Virus record (IMG/VR): IMGVR_UViG_3300048598_000287
Location: 213,198 to 277,197 of that record
Length of the DNA stretch: 64,000 bases
Reading direction: 5' to 3' (one strand)
Origin: a virus
Taxonomy: Duplodnaviria > Caudoviricetes
The notes beneath the pieces are model-generated. The model had not been told where the DNA came from. It made no database searches and saw nothing but the letters and a program-made list of their open reading frames with translations. Below are positions 57,324-64,000 of the stretch, piece after piece (positions within the stretch are counted from its first letter, which is position 1; each line of letters starts with the position of its first letter). The position numbers and the translations under genes were made by a program.

Positions 57324-57845
57324 ATGGCTACATATCTCAATCTTGAAACAGGTAGAGAAGAGCGGGTAGTAGAGGAATCGCATGAATTGATTCCTCAACG
57401 AATAGACAAGTTCGAAGTATTTTTTAAAGCGGCTAATCCAGAGGATGATCATGTGTATAGTAATCTAGATTTTAATTCTCTCCATATGCTTACCTATAGT
57501 GCTAGAGAAGAAGTCAATGAAAAAAATCATCATCTCATACTCATTGTATCCGTAGATATTACGGGAATTGCGATGCAATTGCGAGAAATGCTTGATCAAT
57601 ATGGTTCAGATCATCCACTTACAATAATAGTACGTCATTATGCCATGGATGGATATGGAACCTTCGATGAAGAATATGATATTGATAGAATTGATGGCTA
57701 TATTGGGCCAGCATATGCATATAATCTAGACAGTGATGAAACTAAGGAAAAATATGCTGAAGCAGAACTAACCCTGAACATAGTTCGCCACCGATATGCA
57801 TATAATAAGGAATCGGAAAAGTCCCGGAAAAATACATGCCGATGA
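57324..57845 (+). CDS. Hypothetical protein
   Basis: AAGGAG RBS; AAAAATATATTTTA upstream. Confidence 0.72.
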   Translation: MATYLNLETGREERVVEESHELIPQRIDKFEVFFKAANPEDDHVYSNLDFNSLHMLTYSAREEVNEKNHHLILIVSVDITGIAMQLREMLDQYGSDHPLTIIVRHYAMDGYGTFDEEYDIDRIDGYIGPAYAYNLDSDETKEKYAEAELTLNIVRHRYAYNKESEKSRKNTCR

Positions 57846-57891
57846 ATTGGCTCATTGGAACTAATGCCTAGATATATCCTGAAGGTAGTTC

Positions 57892-60231
57892 ATGAAAAGC
57901 AAATACGACGAACTGTGGAAAATTCCGGAAGACACCCTTAGCCTGGCATCGGATTATGACATTACGCCTGAAAATAATGATGCCGATATTTCGGACATGA
58001 ATTATCTATCAGTAAATTCATCAGGTAAAGTAAACTATGCCGAGATAAAATATGAGATTCCAAAAGATGCTAAGCAGATACTGGATTCTAATGTAGAATA
58101 TGGAATGTATTCAATATCCGAAGCTGACAAGGTGCTTAAGGATAATGTAAAATATATTAGCCTTCGGTATATATGCCGTAATTTAAACCGGACGGTAGAA
58201 TGGGTGAATGACCGTGACATATTGCATAATCTTTTTTACATGATAGACAGAAACGGAGACCGTTTATATAGAGAGGATGATGTCATTGGCAGGTGTGATT
58301 TTCTTCATCTAGAATTCCGCCGTATGGATCTTCCGTTTTCAATATTTAACCGTATTGATGCTGCTGAATATCTTGGTATGTCTCAGGAGGAGTTTGAGTC
58401 TGCTTTGCATGACATTCCGAGTAAAGAGCAATATGCTGAAGGCGGGGAACATTTCAGCGTATATTACAAAAAAGATCTTGATTCATATTATAGGCATCAT
58501 TTTTTCATAAACATGCTGGCTAAATCAGGAGCCACAATTTCATATGAAGACGTATGTGACGTGTTCGGAGTGCGGAGCATTCACTTAAAGGAATTTCTGC
58601 TGACGCATGCTCCGCAGAAAATGAAAACCAACGATGGATATTTGACCGATAGGTATTCATCTGAAAGCATCCGGGAATATATGGATGCTCATCCAGGAGA
58701 TAGATCTATATACCGTCCTCTAGGGAAAATAGTGTCGAGCGATATAGCTAGAATATATATAATGGCAGAAAGAAAGGAGTGGCTTACCGCCAGATATGAG
58801 AAAAAGATTTTAAAACCGGTGAAGACGGCATCAGGGGCCAGAATACGGACAGACCGGGGGTTTACCATGTTTCTAATATCGGACCTTGATGATTATATTT
58901 ACAATAGGGAAACCGGAGAGGCATATGGACTTGGAAAGGAATTTATCCGCAGATCGCATATCAAGAATAGATATGGGGTGAATGATAAATGGATTGACAC
59001 ATATGTAAAGAATAGTTCCGACGTCCATATAAAAGTGTCTCCCGGAAATGTCATGACATGGGATACATATCATGTATCAAACCGTCGGGACATCATAACG
59101 GGAATAGATGCCGTTGATGTAGAAGCTTTGATAAAGAACGGACATTTTATTGACATAACTAAAGAATATGTCAGAAAAAAATTGAAAATTGACCAGGAAG
59201 AAAACGCAAAGAAGTATAAGATAGGAAAGTTTGCCATTTTGGCAATGCATAAGAAATACGTGGATTCTAAACGGAAAAGCCCGTATCAGTATAATGAAGT
59301 CACGGATGATGACATATCCCTTGCACTGGATACTAAAATAAATGAGGAACGGCTTATAATGCAGGAAAAACGCCGTGTTATTTCAAAGATACGTAAAGAA
59401 TCCCTGCAACATGATAATAAGATGCGAACTATACTGGGGCTTAATCCTACGTCAGGAAACGCTACGTCTAAAAAAGAGATACTTCGCGAAATGAATTCTC
59501 CTCAGATTTTTAGATGCGTATATAAAAGGGGAAAGTCTAATATATATAAAAGATTTAATCCTCCATATGAGACATATGACTATATATCTGTTGTGGATCA
59601 TTTTTTCACAAGAAAGTCAGCGATAAGTAAGACATCGCTAATCATGAAGGCTATGAAATCAGGTATGATGAAGATGGAAGATATTGCATTCACCTGCTAT
59701 CCGGGATGGTTTTTGTTCATGGATAATTATTCATGCATAACGGATCTGATGTTCAAAGATAGGTTGAATGCCCTTCCTAGCGATATAGGACTTGTCGGTG
59801 CATATGGATGGAAGTCTATTACTCCCGACGGTGACTGGAGGAACCTAGATGACACATATGGATGTTATGACGCGTTTTCTTCTAAATCCGGGATTTCTAA
59901 AAAAATCATAGGGAAATCCGGATGTGGAGGAACACGGGAAGTCCGCATAATAGGCGGGCCTTTCATTGCCATTAGGGCCAGCATGGTTCCGGATGCGTTA
60001 CGGCTTAAAATACTTGATGGCTATATAGCAGGTGACGATCATATAGGAGCAGTGCTTTCAATGTTTTGCTATGAATGCAGAAAAAAAGTGTGCGTAATAG
60101 ATGCTTCATCAATGTGCTGTTCTGATTATTTAGGTTATGTCGGTGAAGATGACTGGAAAGATGACCAGATAGAATTCGTTATGCGGTGGCAGGCACAAAT
60201 TAAGAAGATTTCTACCGCACCGGCATTATAA
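57892..60231 (+). CDS. Tandem HTH-repeat protein with a C-terminal degenerate glycosyltransferase-like domain
   Basis: FNRIDAAEYLGMSQEEF, ISYEDVCDVFGV, YSISEADKVL (MerR/Xis-like); WFLFMD, IGLVGAYG, EVRIIGGPFIAIR (GT2-like). Confidence 0.55.
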   Translation: MKSKYDELWKIPEDTLSLASDYDITPENNDADISDMNYLSVNSSGKVNYAEIKYEIPKDAKQILDSNVEYGMYSISEADKVLKDNVKYISLRYICRNLNRTVEWVNDRDILHNLFYMIDRNGDRLYREDDVIGRCDFLHLEFRRMDLPFSIFNRIDAAEYLGMSQEEFESALHDIPSKEQYAEGGEHFSVYYKKDLDSYYRHHFFINMLAKSGATISYEDVCDVFGVRSIHLKEFLLTHAPQKMKTNDGYLTDRYSSESIREYMDAHPGDRSIYRPLGKIVSSDIARIYIMAERKEWLTARYEKKILKPVKTASGARIRTDRGFTMFLISDLDDYIYNRETGEAYGLGKEFIRRSHIKNRYGVNDKWIDTYVKNSSDVHIKVSPGNVMTWDTYHVSNRRDIITGIDAVDVEALIKNGHFIDITKEYVRKKLKIDQEENAKKYKIGKFAILAMHKKYVDSKRKSPYQYNEVTDDDISLALDTKINEERLIMQEKRRVISKIRKESLQHDNKMRTILGLNPTSGNATSKKEILREMNSPQIFRCVYKRGKSNIYKRFNPPYETYDYISVVDHFFTRKSAISKTSLIMKAMKSGMMKMEDIAFTCYPGWFLFMDNYSCITDLMFKDRLNALPSDIGLVGAYGWKSITPDGDWRNLDDTYGCYDAFSSKSGISKKIIGKSGCGGTREVRIIGGPFIAIRASMVPDALRLKILDGYIAGDDHIGAVLSMFCYECRKKVCVIDASSMCCSDYLGYVGEDDWKDDQIEFVMRWQAQIKKISTAPAL

Positions 60232-60235
60232 ACTA
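60227..60235 (+). promoter_or_regulatory. Late-promoter-like motif TATAAACTA
   Basis: Exact motif overlapping the upstream stop codon. Confidence 0.72.
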
Positions 60236-60270
60236 TGATTGATTAGACTATAAAAGTCGGAGTTCGATGC

Positions 60271-61734
60271 ATGAATACCACATCTATGTCATATGTGAGC
60301 ACTGAAAGCGGACCTGTTGTTCCAGCCAAGTCCATTCCAATAAAAATGATGAAGAATATCATTGCAGATATCCAGGGAAAACATTGCCGAGGAGAATCTA
60401 GGACGGATTGGGGAGATCTGGCAAAGAAATTCAATAAAGATGCCGGACCGCATGAATATACGACTATACAGGATATACTTAAAAAGGCGCTAACTGAAGC
60501 AGCGGCAGGATCGGTTGGCCAGTCTTTGTTCCGCATGGATTTGGGAAATGTGGTGTGCGATTCGGCGCATGCCAAGTTCAAGATGAACAGGAAAAATCAT
60601 TCGGTTGTGGTGGATTTGTTATATCCAAATTCTAACGGAAATATAACAATGAGATTTAACGTCGATGATGTCGGTGAAAAAATGTTCGAACTGTCATTGG
60701 ATAGCGAACATTATATAAATGGATTTGGTCGAACTCTCATAGCGTGTTGTGACAACGCCATAACGGATGCTGAAAATATGACCGAAGAACCTGATATTTA
60801 TGAGACCGAAAATGGATATGAACCTTTAATGGCATCAGATATGCGTGATTTGCGAGATATGGCGAAACAGCTAATGGAGGCCGATTTCGGAGCGGAAGAC
60901 TTTGCCGCGGCTCCGTCGGATCCGTCTGGCGCAGTTCCTTCTCCGGATGCCGGGTCAGCTCCTGCTCAAGGAGGAGATCCGTCGACTGTATCATCCGCTG
61001 GAACGGGAAAATCGGAAATAGGTGGCGATCTAGAACGTGACGACGATGTCGTTAATTTTGCGGATGAATGTCGTGCGAATCTTAACACGGAGACTTCTCT
61101 GGATACCAGTCAGAATGGAAGTTTTAATCGGTTCACCGATATTCTAGGAAGCAAGATGGCTAATGCCACTAGGAAAGCTTCTTCAGGTGTAATTCTTACC
61201 GGAAAGCAGATAGTCAATGGAACCATGGGAATAGCCACTACAATGAGTGCGGATGAACGGATATCTACTTTCCAGGAATATTATGATCAATTCAAGGGAG
61301 AGCTGACTAAAAAGGAAATGGATGCTTTCCTTTGGTGGCTAGAAAATAATGATTGCCATTCTGCTTTGGAATTTGAGGCGTGGTTAAGAGGAAATCCAAC
61401 AATGCGGGCATTGAAAGAACGTAAAGATGCCGAAAAGGGAATATCTAATTCAGGAAATAATCAGGCGGAAAACATGGATGCCCTTAGTCTTCCTTCTGAT
61501 AACCAGGAGATTTCAGGCACGGGAGAAGGGCAATCTTCGGGCGGAGATATGTCCAGTTTTGATGGAGGATTTAACGAAGAACCTTCTGGGAATATCCCCG
61601 AATCAACGGCTTCTAATATTGGAGGAGTCGGATCTATTGCAAGTGGGATAAGTGATGAGCTTAATATTAATGGAGAGCAAAATCCAGAAGAACCTAAATC
61701 AGAAGAAACCCTGCAGGGAGGGACTAAAGTATGA
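60271..61734 (+). CDS. Hypothetical acidic late protein
   Basis: 487 aa; LTEA and LMEA motifs; low-complexity linkers. Confidence 0.7.
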   Translation: MNTTSMSYVSTESGPVVPAKSIPIKMMKNIIADIQGKHCRGESRTDWGDLAKKFNKDAGPHEYTTIQDILKKALTEAAAGSVGQSLFRMDLGNVVCDSAHAKFKMNRKNHSVVVDLLYPNSNGNITMRFNVDDVGEKMFELSLDSEHYINGFGRTLIACCDNAITDAENMTEEPDIYETENGYEPLMASDMRDLRDMAKQLMEADFGAEDFAAAPSDPSGAVPSPDAGSAPAQGGDPSTVSSAGTGKSEIGGDLERDDDVVNFADECRANLNTETSLDTSQNGSFNRFTDILGSKMANATRKASSGVILTGKQIVNGTMGIATTMSADERISTFQEYYDQFKGELTKKEMDAFLWWLENNDCHSALEFEAWLRGNPTMRALKERKDAEKGISNSGNNQAENMDALSLPSDNQEISGTGEGQSSGGDMSSFDGGFNEEPSGNIPESTASNIGGVGSIASGISDELNINGEQNPEEPKSEETLQGGTKV

Positions 61735-62363
61735 CCGGAGACGACATAATAATAAAGCCCACTCCGCTAAGTAGCGGAAGACCTGTTGAAAGCGATCTGG
61801 CCGCATTGACTGGAATTGATCAGGGAACCGTATCGGCTAAACTTGATGCGGAAGTGCGCAAACAGACAGAGGATAGAATGATGAATCCTACGGCATATAC
61901 ATTGGTTAATGATCCATATGATGTGCAACGTTCTGCAGCAGAGACGGTAAAAGAACAATTAATTAATCCTCAATATGATATAAAGCCTGATAGTGAGATG
62001 ACGGACGAACAGGCTCAGGGATCAGATGCATTCAGCGCAGGAGAAATGTCCGACATTGATGATGTAGCACAGATGGCGAACAGCATTTATCCAGATGATG
62101 CAGATGATAATGCAGCATCTATCATAAATGATGATTTTTATACCGGACATGGTAAATCGCCTGATGATACGGCAGGATCGGTAAATAGTAATTCAGATAT
62201 GACTAATACGTCATTGGACATGATTAATTCTATCCAGCCGGAAGCTCAGCCTTCGGGATATCAATCTTCCGAGGATGAGGCATCCGACACGGTTCTTCCT
62301 CCTGAAGAATCTGAGCAGAATACATCCGAAGAAGGGGAAGCTTCTGTTCCGGATACCATATGA
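61731..62363 (+). CDS. Hypothetical highly acidic protein
   Basis: ATGA overlap with the upstream gene. Confidence 0.7.
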   Translation: MTGDDIIIKPTPLSSGRPVESDLAALTGIDQGTVSAKLDAEVRKQTEDRMMNPTAYTLVNDPYDVQRSAAETVKEQLINPQYDIKPDSEMTDEQAQGSDAFSAGEMSDIDDVAQMANSIYPDDADDNAASIINDDFYTGHGKSPDDTAGSVNSNSDMTNTSLDMINSIQPEAQPSGYQSSEDEASDTVLPPEESEQNTSEEGEASVPDTI

Positions 62364-62381
62364 TTTTTGCGAGGTGCGAAT

Positions 62382-63038
62382 ATGTCTTTTAATGAAATTC
62401 CCGGGCATGAAGTCTTTGAATCTGTAATGAACGAGGTGACTCAAGATGTACCAGATGATACAGATGATATGTCTCCAGTGGATGGATTCCAGATAGATGA
62501 TGGAAATGATAACCCATTTGATGAGCATTTTAAACTGTTCATAAAAAATCCTGAAAAGATAGATGACTCCATGCTTGATGAACTTGGAAAACTGATTGAC
62601 GGAAAATACAGCGATGACTTCAGGGATATGAGACGGATTGTATCAAAACCCGATACAGTGGAACAACTTAAAAGCGCAGATATGGTAGAATATATAACAT
62701 ATGATGGAAACCCAGTAGGTGTGCTCACAGTTACGGATCCTACCGTGGAGAATTATATGAATATTATTCCACGCGATACCTATTCAATGCATAGCGCATA
62801 CAATCTTGATAATAGGGTTGAGGTTGAATATTTTGTTGTTGCATCGGAATACGATGAGTATCCAATAGCCGAGGAACTATCGAGCCATCTTATAGAGCAA
62901 AAAATATCAACATTTCTTGTATGTCCGGCTGATGACGACACTACTATAAATCTCATGAATAAAGTACATTATAAATATATAAAGACCTTCCGTACGGATT
63001 CCGTGGATTATGACGTAAATCTATACGTCAATGGATAA
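62382..63038 (+). CDS. Hypothetical protein with a degenerate GNAT-like fold
   Basis: ATG at 62382 after GAGGT. YDGNPVGVLTV, VEYFVVASEYDEYPIAEEL and TTINLMNKVHYKYI follow GNAT spacing. Confidence 0.5.
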   Translation: MSFNEIPGHEVFESVMNEVTQDVPDDTDDMSPVDGFQIDDGNDNPFDEHFKLFIKNPEKIDDSMLDELGKLIDGKYSDDFRDMRRIVSKPDTVEQLKSADMVEYITYDGNPVGVLTVTDPTVENYMNIIPRDTYSMHSAYNLDNRVEVEYFVVASEYDEYPIAEELSSHLIEQKISTFLVCPADDDTTINLMNKVHYKYIKTFRTDSVDYDVNLYVNG

Positions 63039-63073
63039 AAATATAATTTAAATTAAAATGGAAGGAATTTAAT

Positions 63074-63616
63074 ATGAATAACGAAGAGTATTTTGGGAAC
63101 AATCAGCAGCCATATTATCCTCAGCAAATGTCAGCTCAAGCACTTCCAGGATATGGATATCCAATTCAGCAGCCAGGATATGCGCCTCAACAGCCGTATA
63201 TCTCAGCAGCTCCGATGAACCCGATGCCACCGCAAGGTGGGTATGGACCAGGACAATATCAGCCACAACAGCAGCCTCAGATGCAACCGCCTAATGCGCC
63301 AATACCGTCCAGGAGATATTCTAATCCCCAGGAGGCATGGAACAGCTATAGTGGATCTATAGACGCTACGGAAAGTATAGATCAGATGAATAAGGTCCTT
63401 GACATGATAAATGGGAACTCCGACATTAATGCAGTCGATTCAAAGGCTAATATTAATGCCGTTCTATTAACAATGGATCATCTTTCTAAAATTTTAAAGA
63501 CGCCAGAAGATTGGTTCCCAAAAGAGAAGAGCAATCTGGTTCCAACATTTAAACCTAGTCTATCAAAGCTGTCTGATGGACTTCAAGCATATATTAAAAA
63601 GCTATCCATTCTTTAA
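63074..63616 (+). CDS. Hypothetical protein with a Q/P/Y/G-rich low-complexity N-terminus
   Basis: AAGGA RBS; QQPYYPQQ...QYQPQQQPQMQPP. Confidence 0.75.
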   Translation: MNNEEYFGNNQQPYYPQQMSAQALPGYGYPIQQPGYAPQQPYISAAPMNPMPPQGGYGPGQYQPQQQPQMQPPNAPIPSRRYSNPQEAWNSYSGSIDATESIDQMNKVLDMINGNSDINAVDSKANINAVLLTMDHLSKILKTPEDWFPKEKSNLVPTFKPSLSKLSDGLQAYIKKLSIL

Positions 63617-63625
63617 AATGTATTG

Positions 63626-63649
63626 AAAGGCGGAATTTCTTCCGCCTTT
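63626..63649 (+). terminator. Rho-independent terminator
   Basis: AAAGGCGGAA-TTTC-TTCCGCCTTT. Confidence 0.8.
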
Positions 63650-63677
63650 GCCATATATGGAGGAATGGCAAAAACTG

Positions 63678-63686
63678 TATAAACTA
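63678..63686 (+). promoter_or_regulatory. Late-promoter-like motif TATAAACTA
   Basis: Exact motif upstream of the collagen-like gene. Confidence 0.78.
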
Positions 63687-63711
63687 GTGATGACAATTGC
63701 CATGGCTAGTT

Positions 63712-64000
63712 ATGTTTAAAGCTAAGAAAATAATAGGGTTTGATAAATATTCGACGTCATATACAGGAACTGCCACTGGAGCATATTTTTTAGGAACGAT
63801 TATCATAGACGAAACAACCGGAAAACGGAAAACGGTTGCCGTGAGCATTGATGCAGTTAAATCTGCTGCGCATGGAAATACAGGCCCCACAGGGCCAACA
63901 GGGCCGACCGGTCCGTCAATAACAGGTGGAACCGGCCCGTCAGGCGAATCCATAACAGGACCAACGGGCCCGACAGGGCCAACAGGGCCGACCGGTCCGT
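63712..64000 (+). CDS. Collagen-like (Gly-Pro-Thr) fibre protein, runs off the right edge
   Basis: [12 protein letters not shown]...[43 protein letters not shown] 28-bp exact repeat at 63889 and 63973. Confidence 0.85.
   Translation, partial: MFKAKKIIGFDKYSTSYTGTATGAYFLGTIIIDETTGKRKTVAVSIDAVKSAAHGNTGPTGPTGPTGPSITGGTGPSGESITGPTGPTGPTGPTGP

Noticed and set aside
1-64000. Stop-codon reassignment
   Set aside because: Genes are full length and densely packed in the standard code; TAA, TAG and TGA all end recognisable genes.

Overview
A 64 kb segment of a large, divergent T4-like (myovirus-type) phage genome in the standard genetic code. No tRNA, rRNA or CRISPR array was seen. The left part holds a replication/recombination block (UvsW, RNase H, UvsX, gp41 helicase, gp32 SSB, two tandem clamp-like genes, gp61 primase). 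The right part holds virion genes: gp6, gp7 and gp5-like baseplate proteins, a tail fibre, large candidate internal head proteins, a gp67-gp21-gp22 prohead block with no adjacent portal or capsid gene, a holin/spanin-like pair and a collagen-like fibre. Two regulatory motifs can be read from the sequence: TATAAACTA (13 exact copies at gene starts, late-promoter-like) and AAAA(C/T)(G/A)TATTTTAA (before replication genes). The most striking structure is at 802-4010. A GC-rich Type ISP restriction-modification fragment, reduced to coupler-methyltransferase-TRD, lies between ~188-bp direct repeats, has the phage late motif, and ends in the same 10 residues (EFGTSGDFLK) as the neighbouring small family-A-like polymerase. 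Other notable items are several enzyme folds with eroded active sites (two glycosyltransferase-HTH fusions, an amidase, a GNAT), a 70-bp IS200/IS605-like miniature, and a shared N-terminal leader on otherwise unrelated late proteins. All product calls come from motif recognition by eye; no database searches were run.
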